DNA from: Priapulus caudatus
Lineage: Eukaryota
Direction of reading: 5' to 3'
NCBI RefSeq assembly: GCF_000485595.1
Contig: NW_014577082.1
Coordinates: forward strand, 677,777-735,199
Length of the DNA stretch: 57,423 bases
The translations under genes and the position numbers were made by a program. Positions 1 to 12,100 of the stretch are shown here, in pieces; the stretch's first letter is position 1, and every line of letters starts with the position of its first letter. Below the pieces are notes generated by a model that made no database searches, was not told the DNA's origin, and saw only the letters and a list, made by a program, of their open reading frames with translations.

Positions 1-252
1 TTGTTGGTCCGGAACATTGAATACAACCGGTTGAAGTTGAACACTGCCGCATGCGCTAAGCTAAGGATCAAAGGTCGGGAGAGAATATTTCCGTCCAGAA
101 TTGGCGGTAAAATGCGCGCGATACAAGGCGTTAACGTGTAGTGTGAAGGGACTGCTTCAACGGATCGTATTGGCTTTAAGAAAGACTATTAAGGCATGCA
201 TTGACCATAATTTAAATGTATTAAGTGTCATTCACTAGCGATCCATTATCGT

Positions 253-898
253 ACGCTTCTAGTACATACTGCTTACATTAACTGCTGCTGGGCTATAGAC
301 CACCCATGGGCATGCAAGTGAACGCAACTTACTCCACCAGTCAGCGGGACTCATGTATTTCCGCATGGGAGGAGGTGGCGGGTGTGTGGTTGTTGGACAA
401 AAACATTGTTGTCTGTCAAGTAACAAATTATAATAGTAATTTGTTCATCTTTCATGACAAAACTAAATATTACAATCTCTTGATCGCTTAATTTGTTACT
501 TACAACAACAAGTTTTTTCCACAACCACCCCAACCCCTCCACATGCGGAAATACATAGTTTCCCTGCTGACTGCGCTGCTGCAGCGCCGCCAGAAATGGC
601 GCGTTGAAGTTCGCAAATCGAATGTTTGTCACTAAGAACAATAACCGCAAGTAACCATTGCAACGATAGTTAAGGTGCATTTTAGTCCCATTACAGAGTC
701 GTGGAGAGCAAGGTTAGAGGTTCAATTTTAGTAGCGGCTATAACTTAAGACATATTCACTTCGGATAAGAGGCATTAATTGCCTACCACAGACGTTTTTT
801 TAGCCGGATACATTGGGGATAAGTTGGTCCATTGCATGCCCCATGGGTCGGTCTATAGCCCAGCGGCAGTTAATGTAAGCGGCTATAGTACTAGAGCT
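253..898. mobile_element. Inverted-repeat element (MITE-like)
   Basis: CTAGTACATACTGCTTACATTAACTGCTGCTGGGCTATAGACC-ACCCATGGGCATGCAA is mirrored at 832-898. CCATTATCG flanks both sides. Confidence 0.7.
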
Positions 899-2247
899 AC
901 CATTATCGATGCTCTATTCCTTGCTGCGTGCACTGTTCTTCGACACAAAGGTGAGCGACCTGCGTATGCAAGGCAGATAACGCATCGAGATAAACAACAT
1001 GGCAGAGTTTACTCGCACATCCGGGCTCTCGCGGAGATGCAAAACTACTGGCGCAGAACAGAGGCGCGGAACTGTCAATCGGTGTATAGCATTTATGGGG
1101 GGTTATTAGCATGCAGTTCGTCGCAGTACACTGCACACACTACCAACTACTTGTTCGCTGTTAGTACAGCCAATATAAGTTATAATTAAGTATATAAGCC
1201 AATACTCAATAGCAGTTAATAAGTGCAGCCAGCATGTGCACGGAGTACGACTAAGAGTAATCCTCACGGCAGCAACACACTTTAGACAGCCTAGTTAGTA
1301 GTTTACTAAGTGCCAGCGACCGGCATCAAATCATGCATCATGATGTTAGGATCACACTGATTTTGTACCTACTCTCTCTGATTCGATAACAGCAAATCGG
1401 CTCTCTATACCAGACGGACGGAAGCACACAACAGAAGCCTTGCACTAACACTCAGTAATGATGAACCACAAATGACACAAAAAAGTGGAATGTGGGGAAG
1501 AATGATAAGAATTTGGCGCTTATTGTGTCAGGGTAATCGTGAAGCATTGTGGGAAGCATAGGTGACGCCAGTGCAGCCCGCAACTGTCAAAAAGCTCCGT
1601 TTTCAGGTAAAATCAACAAGTAAACAAACGGTACTGTCTCTGACGTATTTACACGAAAGCCTGCCTCGTGTTACAAATATTTCCTATAAGTCAATTTGTG
1701 TATTTATTTACAAGCTATACATTGTTTGGGACTACATTACACACCCCACAATTATTTGTTTATTTTTAACAAGTTCAGATTGAAGTTCTCAGTTCAATCA
1801 ATCGTGGTGTACCTAAGGCTAAGGCCAGGCTAGTAGTAGTACTACTACTAGTACTACTACTACAGTAATACTAGTAGTAGCGACTCTCCCAGACTCACTG
1901 ATTTATCTCTGGAATAGAATTATATGCATGTTGCCTTTGTTAAGAGATAGTCGTTCTGTTTCTGCCCATGACCATGTACTATGATGTAGTATTAGGCCTA
2001 GCCACATAGATACACATGTACGCTTTCCCTTTCGCGTATTCAACAGACTGTACCAAAGGCACAGGCACTTTGAGCGTTTCAATAAAATATAATGCTAAAT
2101 AAATACGAAATCTATTTACTACCAAAGTCTTAATGTTTCTATAGGTGGGGGCGGACATCCGGGAACTTTTGACTATTTGACCGGATGTAGATTCGAGCCG
2201 ATGAAAACAAACCGTAGTAACGCACCGCACAATGCACGCAGCGCATA

Positions 2248-2396
2248 GTGCCAAGGAATTATGTGGTGTTTGGATGCCGCAATCACAGTCTTTCAAGTGA
2301 CAAAAAACGATCATTCTTTGAGCTGCCGGAGCCAGAGAGGAGAGACAGATGGCTAACAGCAATTAGTCAGGAGAACGAAGAGGGCGTAGCAATGGT
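2248..2396 (+). pseudogene. THAP-domain remnant, truncated at a gap
   Basis: PRNYVVFGCRN...RSFFELP...RRDRWLTAI follows the THAP pattern C-x4-C-x-N...F-F-x-L-P...R-x2-W-L-x-A-I. The first Cys is replaced by Tyr. Confidence 0.55.
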
Positions 2397-2539
2397 NNNN
2401 NNNNNNCTGACGCTGAGAGGCGTCTATGTCCCCGGCGAAAGTACTGCGGAAACTCCTGGTGCGGGCCGGTATACATGAACGATACCTGGCGTACGTATCT
2501 ATATGTCGAACATACTGGGGTAGGTGCGGCTAACGAGTC

Positions 2540-5500
2540 TAGGATGACTCTTAGCGGAGTCGCCTACGGCGCTACTCCCGGGACCGCGAACCATTGATCT
2601 ATCCTAACCTGAATGCCCTCGAAGCCCGGTAACTCCTAACTCCTGAACCCGCTACTAATTCCTAACCTACCATATCAAATAGTGACCAGGGTAGCCGTTC
2701 GGTATACCGGACCGTACCCAGGGTAGTGGGTCGCGGAGTACCCTGGGGGACGATTAGAGCCTGGATGAGCAGGGAACTGACAGCAGTACAGGGATTATTA
2801 TGTCCCAGTGCGGAGGCTGATCTGTAATTGGATGGAGAGTGTTACATGCTATGATGCGTAGAGTGTAGGTCTTGTCGCGTCAGTCCAAGGTATGGAATTA
2901 GGCTAATGTGTGTCTTGGTTTCTGGTTGCAGACAATGGGTGATGGCGAAGATGAGTTGGAGAGCGGAGTTTTCGGAGGAGACTGAAGGTGTGGATGAGTG
3001 TGTTTCTGAGAGTTGGGACTGAGCGAGGGGAGAGCAGCTGCAGCAGTTCGCTGCAGGACAGGTGGAGGCGAAGAGAGCCATCGGGTGGCGATGAGTGTCA
3101 GCGCCGCGTTCAGGCGGCGACTAGGGTAGTTCAACAACCTGCCGGCTCAGGGGAGTATTTACAGCCCATCTGGTACATGTTTATAAAGATTGCGTATATG
3201 AATTTGATATCTGGAATCTATTAACATATTAGTACGATTTGTAAAATCATGCGTTTAGCTTGCAATGTACCATAAGTTTATATTACTTATATTATTCATT
3301 ATATATGTTATTGCGAATGGCATTTAGCTCTCTACATTTAATGATATAGCTAGGAGCGGTAGACCAATATGCGCTTAGTTTCTATGAAAATGAGGTTCTA
3401 TTCACACTATTTATATACTATATATACTATATATACAGGGTAGAAAATGAACTTTTTGAACCCTCTAAAGAGGGAGTCCGCAGTCTGAAGTACAAATTTA
3501 AGACAATTACAATACGCATTTTCTGATTTGAATAGATTTATGCGGTTGAACGTCTGCCCAAATACTTTGGTTACTGAAAAATCATGCCGGGTAATTCCGT
3601 TGTGGCCCTTCTTCTGGAACGAACTGTTAGCTATAGAGAGAATTTTCAGGGAGTCACACGGACTAAAGCTGCATTATGTTCAGAATCGGCGGGGGGAGTC
3701 GAATTTAATTCAGAAGGTTACTTTGACTCTTCCGACTCACCGTTTATTCTGCGGGGACCTCCTGTTCGTAATATATAATTCTGAATTTGATAATGTTATG
3801 TACGGTCAATTATGTGTCCATCTTTCAGTGTATGTGATGTAGATGGTTATCCTATGGTTTCAAAACACATCTACGCTTTATAGACAGGTTATGTGTTGTA
3901 ACATTGCATATGCCTGTAGGCTATACATGTTATCAGGAGTTAATAATGAAAATTCTGTCATTATTACTGCCTGAATGTTTATCTATGTGTCCTTGCAGGG
4001 TTTTCTCCGCGCGTTTCATGAAGGCGCAGGGTGTTTGAGTAGGACAGATTGGGAAGGGGGAACCGGGAGTGTGGGGGGTAACGCCGGTCCGAACTGACTT
4101 TGAGTTTTTTATTGTAATAAGCCGTATGATCATTTGCTATTGCGGAGCCAGGATTATCCGAGTCATAAGTGGCCTTCAATACACAGCGTAAATCGACCAG
4201 TTCGGTCACTTCGGTGGCACATATATATATACACTTTAAGCGGTGAAAAATAAAAGCACGACTGCTGTTGAGCATTTCATTGATAGCATAACTGGAGGAA
4301 TTCAGGCAGTCGGAGGATTTACGGGATTTGCAAATTAGGTTTCAGTCGTCGAAGTGCATGAGAGCGCCGAGGCATGCATTAAAGACCTGGGGGAAACGCT
4401 GTACATATACGTGCGTGTTACAGGGTTATCCATGTGTCACCGTGTTAGTAATTACATACTGCCTCAGTTTATATTACAGGTAGGATCTGTTATTCACCTT
4501 GCATATACCTGGTATGTTACTGGCTAACTACAGTCTGGTGGCACCGTGGATTAGACGTTGTATTTTAAATTAGTCATGTGTCAATCCGCAAAGAATCAGG
4601 TTCGCTTGCTTTGATATATGGCTGTATGCTCTAGGTTATGCAACGCCATCACTTACAGGTGCCGGTGGGTGATACTTGTAAGTATAGGTATCTCTGTGTC
4701 ATCGTGCGAATGCTATACAGTAGTATATGTGACTTTAATCTGGTGTTCTCGTCATGCAGTATACCTGTGATGGTACAGTTAGTTTCGATGCTTGATTTCA
4801 ATGTACTTGGCTGTAATTGTAGTATATTAGTTTGAAGAGAAGCTGTAGAGATATCGTTACAAAAACATGTAACATCTAGAAAATCAATTTGCTACTAATT
4901 TAGTCAATTATGTAGACAATACTGAGCAGCTGTGTTATCATAAGTCTCAGTAAAACACACTATTATTCAGCAAGAATGATCGGCGGACCACTATCACCTG
5001 ATCAGGAGGGGATCTAAGCTCGCTTACGTCTCGCACGCGCCTCCTGGAGCTAAAAGCCGACGCCCCGACAGCTAGCACGACCCCGCAAGCACAGGAGAAA
5101 GTCCGACGCACGTCTCCAGGTGAGCTGTGAAAAGATGGCAGCGCTTTGTGCGTTGCATTATGGTGATCAAGTGCGTCGATTCTTTCCCTCACGTCGAGTC
5201 TCTCCGTCGTGTCCCTATGTTCCTCTCCTCTATCTCTCTGCTTTTGGCATCATTTCTTTCCGTGTGGCTCTCTCTGTCCTCTCGTTCTCGCCCTCTTCCT
5301 ACCCTCGCCTAAGCCTCCTACCCTCCCTCTTCCCTCGAACTTCTCTCCCTTTTCTCAGTTGCTACTCTCTCTCCCTCTCTTTCTCTCCAGCCCCTCTCTC
5401 TCTCTTTCGTGCTCTCTTTTCTCTACTCGATATTTGCAGTGTGCCTAACTTTCCCCCTGCTCTCGCCCCACCCCTTTCTCGTCGAGTGTGATTTTCCCTC

Positions 5501-8345
5501 TTTTTGATTCTACGCGGTCCCGCTTACTAACTCGCCTTTCTTGTGTCGCTCTCTCAGGCTATCTCTATCATTTTCTCTCATTTGTAATTCGCTGCTTTTG
5601 TCTTGTATTTTACACGCTAATACGACTGCCAAGTACACATGGTGTGTTATTTATGAAATAATAAAGGCCATGTCGCAGAATTCATGCGGAGTACTACGCT
5701 TCGATCAGCCGCGCAAGATGACTCTATTATCACACTGGGTCCTTAGACTGAGTTAAAAATTGTGCAGGGGTACGTATTTCGTGCGACTCCACGCATGGCA
5801 GCGCAGACGATGAAGCTCTGCATGGCTGAGAACAGATACTCTTTTAAAGTCCCGCAGAGGAGTGGCTACTTCTCGCATCGTTAACGTTGTACAGTTAACC
5901 CCGCAGGCAGAGGCGCGCGACGCACACTCGAGCCTCAACAGGGGGTTGGGTTGAGCCACGTCGGCTGCTCAAGCGGGATGGAACATGGCTTCTGGCGACT
6001 ATGTTTGACGCACGCACTGTTTCTTGCTGCACCTTCTTGACTAGTACTGTTGCTGCTGCGAGTGCAAGCCACAGGTGCGGTTGGCAGTCTACTGCAATAG
6101 GGCATGGTGTTGTTTTGCTGTTATAATCGCAGTCATACGTTGCTCTTGAATCGGGGACCAGCGCCGGTCGATGATGAAACGTGTAAACTGTCTATCTCGG
6201 TTATCGTCGCTCACGCGAACGAATTTTCACGCACAGTTTTCGATCGGCGTTAACATAGTCGCTATGCAGTATTCTGAGACCTGAGTATTCCAAAGATAGA
6301 AAGGGCTTGATCATTCTCTGTGTTAGTGCGCGGTGGGAAGTCACGATCCAGGCATCCGAATGCATGGGAAGCTCGTTCCTTGCGCTTCGCCTGCGTGAAT
6401 TGTAAATATCCTGTCGGCAAGTGCAGTGAGGGAGTGTGTTGGGGGCATTGTATGCGTCGTGTGGTGTGAGGGGGGGGGTGCGGCCTTGGCGGGCATTTAT
6501 CACGCGCGGGGGGGCGGGGGGTTAGCGCGCCTCTCATCTATACTCTGACGACCTTTTAGATCTGGATCAACCCTTTGATCTGTTCGTCTGTGCCGCCGCA
6601 CGCGCGCTGTCGTACGCTGAGCGTAGACTGCGATTCTGTGAGGACGAGGAGAGGATGAGCGGGGCACGAGCTGAGGTGTAGTGGGTGGTGCACAGTACAC
6701 TGCTTCTCGCGCTGTAACGAGCGATTACGTGGTGACGTTTAGACGAGCCAGCATTGATTGACCTCCTCTCGCCGCGCGGCCTAGCTTGTCTCCAACGCGC
6801 GCTGGCGGAATGTGAACGCCCCCTCTCCCGTTAGGGCAAATTAGCTGCGGCCAATTTAGTGGCCAGCACCTGAATCGGCGGCCGCATAAGTCGATTATGA
6901 GTGTACCAAGTCTATTTTAGCGTTGCGTCGACTAATTGTCCGTCGTAAAAAGCGTCGGCAGCTGATCAATTTACTCTCGATTGTGTCGTCGCGTGGCACT
7001 CTCTCATTACGTCGTACGCGTCTGCAAAACTGTCTTTAACGTTGCGAGGTCCTTTTGAGGAGTTATCGGCCGTAGATGATTCGCTAGAGCAGGTGTTAGA
7101 TATATAACAGGCGTGAGAAATTAAGGAGTACGGAGCTCTAAATCCTAATACTCCTAGACTTTAAACTGTCGGAATCCCTGATTTGAACAGATTGCAGGAG
7201 TCCCGTAGTGACTACCTGAAAATTCTGCTATACTAAACTAGTTCGTTCCAGGCACAGACATCGCGGAATTACCTATTTTTCAGCAACTATCCAAAGAAAA
7301 TTATAAGTCAGACGTGACATCGCATGAATCTTCAACGAATAAAGCACATGTGTTATAGTTGTTATGCTTTAGTTTTGAATATTCAGAACTTCGGACTCCC
7401 CGCATTTTTGCTCGCGGAGCCCTTTTTGAGGGACAGAGAGGCCATTTTCAAAAGTTAATTTTCATAACCATGTAATAATCCTTTCTTGTTTTCGCCATTA
7501 CTACCCGTCCATTCTGTACTGTTCTCCCCTCCCACTTTCTGCTAATTATTTTGTTTTGATCTTTTCGACTGAATATTTCCTCCACCCATTCTCACCTTAT
7601 CTGTTTATTTATCCCTTGTCTTCATCTTGCAAACTACAACAGTCCGTGTCACATTATCAAACCCGCGTTTCTTTGCACATTCTATCTCGCGTTCTTTGTC
7701 CCTCGTCTCGATCGCTTTACTCTCTCTCTTACTCTCCTCATCTCTCATCTCTCTCTTTTCTCCCCTCCCCTTCTCTCCCTCTCTCTTTCTCTTTCCCTCT
7801 TTCTCTCCCTCTCCCCCCTCCCCTCCCTCTCTTCCCTTCTCCCCCTCTCTCTCTCTCACTACTTTTTTCATTGGCGAGAGCTTGAGGGGGCAGAACTCGG
7901 GGCCATGTCCTGCAATACAGAATCAGCGTTGAAATGTATATGGGTAGTGTATTAGAAAATTCCTTTGCGGTTTTTATAGCATTTTAAAACCGCCCACTTG
8001 CATAAATGTATTGTTGCTCGGATTAAAGTTCTAGAGTAGTTAAGACTAGGGAGTACAAAAATCCGGATATGGGAGTAACAAAAATAAGCACTGCTACAGC
8101 GTGATCACCACTACCCTAGTTCACAGGTGTGTGCTTTGCGTGCTGCTCTATTTTTTGGCCCGCCTCTCACCCGCCGTCACCAGCTATCTCCCTACACTCA
8201 CGCACTCCCTAACAACTCTATGTGCTGTGCTTTTGGCCCGCCTCTCACCCATCCGACCATGTCAGGCCCAGCTACTCTCACTCCCACGCACCACTCCTCC
8301 ACCACCTCCTCTGCTGCCCTCTTCTTTGCCCGCTCTCACCCGTCA
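2540..8345 (+). repeat. Degraded direct duplicate of about 8385-13800, with broken copies of B'' exons 1 and 2
   Basis: Collinear throughout (for example 2931-3125 versus 8716-8881, and 4970-5119 versus 10567-10703) with dense 1-nt indels. Starts right after the gap at 2397-2406. Confidence 0.9.
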
Positions 8346-8384
8346 CCACGCATACTTCATCTCGCCATCTTGCGACAGTATGTC

Positions 8385-8575
8385 ACAGAGTCGCCTACGC
8401 CTACTGCCTAACCCTAACCCTAACCCAAACCCGAACCCTAACCCAAACCCGAACCCTAACCCTAACCCTAATCCTAACCCTAACCATATCAAATAGTGAC
8501 CAGGGTACGTTCCGGTATACCGGACCGTACCCAGGGTACGTTCCGGCAGTACCCTGGGGACATAGACCCTATGAG
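8385..8575. mobile_element. Repeat element carrying an interstitial (TAACCC)n tract
   Basis: About 13 TAACCC-like units at 8408-8484, then ...AGTACCCTGGGGACATAGACCCTATG. The same terminus occurs inverted at about 2418 (degraded) and at 53406-53431. Confidence 0.6.
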
Positions 8576-8723
8576 CCACACTGACACATACATATATTAT
8601 AGTCCATGCAATGATCTGTAATTATTGAAGAATTTACATCCTATGATGTAGAGTGTACGTCTTGTCGTCATCCAAGTCATAGTATTAGCTAATATAGTGT
8701 TTGATTTCTGTTGCAGACAATGT

Positions 8724-8881
8724 ATGGCCAACATGAGTCTGAAGCCAGTTCTCAAACTGAAGGTTGATGAGTTGTTTCTGAGATGGCTGAGCGAGGAGGA
8801 CACTCAGCAGTTCCTGCAGGACAGCTTGAGGCAAATGACCATCGGTGGCGATGGTGTCAGCGCCCCTTCAAGCCCGACTAG
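8724..8881 (+). CDS. PPP2R3B: B'' first coding exon, PR70/PPP2R3B-type N-terminus
   Basis: [37 protein letters not shown] resembles human PR70 VLQPVLKMKVDELFLYWLSEASTQRMLQDCLRR (recalled). Acceptor ttgcag ends at 8716; donor AG|gtatgc at 8882. Confidence 0.9.
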
Positions 8882-9146
8882 GTATGCAACAACCTGCGCC
8901 TCCAGAGTATTTACACCCAATTTACATTTATAAAGATTGGGTATATGACATTTGATATCTGGAATCTTTCAACATATTAGTTAAATTTGTAAAAATCATG
9001 TCGTTAGCTTGCATGTACCATAAGTTTATATTATTATATTATTATTATATATTATTGCAATGGCAATTTTAGCATCTTACATTAATGAATATAGCTAGGA
9101 GGTAGACCAATATGCGCTTAGTTTTATACAAATGAAGGTTCCTATT

Positions 9147-9187
<41 letters not shown>

Positions 9188-12100
9188 GGGTAGAAATGAA
9201 CTTTTGAAGCCCTCAAAAAGAGGGAGTCCGCAGTCTGAAGTACAAAATTAAAGACATTAACATTACGCATGTGATGATTTGAAAGATTTATGCGGTTGCA
9301 CGTCTGCCAAATATTTGCTGAAAAAATACGGTAATTCCGTGTGGCCCTTCTCTGGAACGAACTAGTTAGTATAGGAGAATTTTCAGGGAGTCACACGGAC
9401 TCCTGCATATGTCAAATCGGGGAGTCCGACATTAAATCAGAGAGTATTTGACTCCGGACTCGCGTTAATTTCGCACCCTGTATATATATATAATTAATTT
9501 ATAATGTATGTACCGGTCATTTATGTGTCATCTTTCATGTCATTGTATGTAGATGTTATCTATGTGTCACATCACATCTACCTTTATATACAGGTTATGT
9601 GTGTAACCATGCATATGCCTGTATATACATGTTATCAGGAGTTAATAAGGACAAATTTGTCATTATTAACTCCTGATGTTATCTATGTGTCACCTTGCAG
9701 GGTTTTCTCCAGGACTTTCAGAAGGCATGTTTATAGACAGATGGGGGAGGGAACCGGGAGTGGGTTGTAACCCCTCCCAATACATTGAGTTTTTTATTTA
9801 ATAACCTATATCATTAGCCAATTGGAGCCAATTATGCCAGTCATAAGTGGCCTCAATACACAGGTAAACTTGACCAGTTCGGTCACTTCGGTGGCATATA
9901 TATTTTATACATTAAGCCGTGAAAATAAAGCACGACTGTGTTGAGATTGTCATTGATAGCATAACTGGAAATTCAGGCATGTCGGAGGATTTACGGGATA
10001 TTGCAAATTAGCTTCAGCTTCGAATGCATGAAAGACCCGACATGCATTAAAGACCTGGGGAGAACGCTGTACATATACGTGCGTGTACAGGTTATCCATG
10101 TGTCACCTTTCATATATATGCCTCTATAATATACAGGTAATCTGTTTATCACCTTGCATATACCTGTATGTACAGGTAATCCATCTGTCACCTTGAATAG
10201 ACTTGTATTTTCAAATTAGTCATGTGTCATCTTGCTTATGTATATGCCTGTATGCATCTAGGTTATCAATGCATCACTTTGCATATACTTGTAAGTATAG
10301 GTATTCTCTGTGTCATCTTGCGTATACATATATGTGTACTATTAATCTGTGTGTCGTCTTGCATATACCTGTATGTACAGGTAGTTCATGCTTCATATTT
10401 CATGTACTTGTAAACTTGTAGATATTTTAGTTTAAGAGTAAGCTGCTAGAGAGCATCTTAACAAAAACATGTAAACATTAGAAAATCAATTTAGTACTAA
10501 TTAGTCAATTACTGTAGACCAAATACTAGCAGCTTTTATCATATCAGTCATAACACACAATTTCAGCAAGAATGGGCGACCACTATCACCGAGGCAGAGA
10601 GGTGGATCTCCTCCTTACTCTCCGCCTCCTGGGCTAACAGCCAGCCCCCGCAGGCCTAGCAGCCCCCGCAAACACAGAGACACATCGAAACCCACGTCTC
10701 CAGGTGAGCTGTGAAAAGAGAGCGTTTGCTGCTTGCATTCTATGTGATCAGTGCGTGTCTCTCCCCATCGGTCTCTCCCTCCTTCCCTCTGTTCCTCCCT
10801 CTATCTCTCTCTTGCCATCTCTTGCTCACTTTCTCTTTCCGTGTGTCTCTCTCTGGTCCTCTCTTTCTCGCCCTCCCTCCCTCCTCCCTCCCTCCCTCCT
10901 TCCCTCCTTCTCTCCTTCCCTCGTGCTCTCTCTCTCCCTCTCTTTCTCTCCACCCCTCTCTCTCTCTTTCTGTCTCTTTCTCTCTCTCTTGAGTGTGCCC
11001 TCTTTCCCCACTGCTCTCGCCCCACCCCTTTCTCTCGAGTGTGATTTTCCCCTCTTTCTTATTCTACCTCCCCTTACTACTCCCTTTCCTTCTGTCGCTC
11101 TCTCGGTATCTCTATCATTTTCTCTCATTTGTAATTCTGTTTGTCTTGTATTTTCACGTAATACGACTGCAAGTAAACATGGGTTATTTATGAAATAATA
11201 AAGGCATTCGAAGAATTCATGCAGTACTAGCTTCGAATCAGCGGCAAGATGCTATTATCAATTCGTCTAGTCGCGTAAAATTGTGCAGGGGAGTATTTTC
11301 GTGCACCTCCACGCATGGCAGCGCAGACATGAAGCCTGCATGGCTGAAACGAGATACTCTTTTAAGTCCCTCAGAGTGCTCTTCTCGCATCGTTACACGT
11401 TGTACAGTTAACCCGCAGGCAGAGCCCGCACGCACACTCAGCCTCAGGTGGGTGGGTTGGCACGTTGCTCAGGGGGAACTTGCTGTCTGGATATGTTTTG
11501 ACGCACGCACTGTTTCTTGCTCACTTCTTACTAGTGTTGACTGCGCGAGTGCAAAGCCACGGTGCCGGTTGGCAGTTACTGCAATAGGGCAGGTGGTTGT
11601 TTTGCTGTTTAATCGAGTCATACGCTTGCTCTGGGGACCAAGCGCGGTCGATGATGAAACGTCGTAAACTGTCTATCCCTCGGTTATGTCGCTACGCACG
11701 AATTTTCACGCGTTTTCGATGCGTTAAATAGTCGTGCAGTTATTCTGCAGCTGAATTCCCAAAGAATGAAAGGCTGTCCTTCTCTGTGTTAGTCGGTGAG
11801 AAGTCACGATCCGGATCCGAATGCATGGGAAGCTCGTTTCCTTGGCTTCGCTGCGTGAATTGTAATATCCTGTCGGATGTGCAGTGAGGGAGTGTGTTGG
11901 GGGCATTGTATGCGTGTGTGTGTGAGGGGGGGGGTCGCGGGAGCGTAGATTTATATCACGCGGCGGGAGGGGGGGGGTACCGCCTCCTCCTCATACTCTG
12001 ACGACTTTTATCGGTCAACCCTTTGAGTCTTCTTCGTGCGCGCTGTCGTACGCTGAGCGTCCGCCTCGCTTCTGTGATGACGAGGAGGAGGGATGAGCGG

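Noticed and set aside
8408..8484. Chromosome end
   Set aside because: Short, interstitial, and embedded in a repeat element.
9701..9724. Candidate 24-nt exon (ttgcag|...|gcatgt)
   Set aside because: It would need a GC donor and is not needed for phase continuity.
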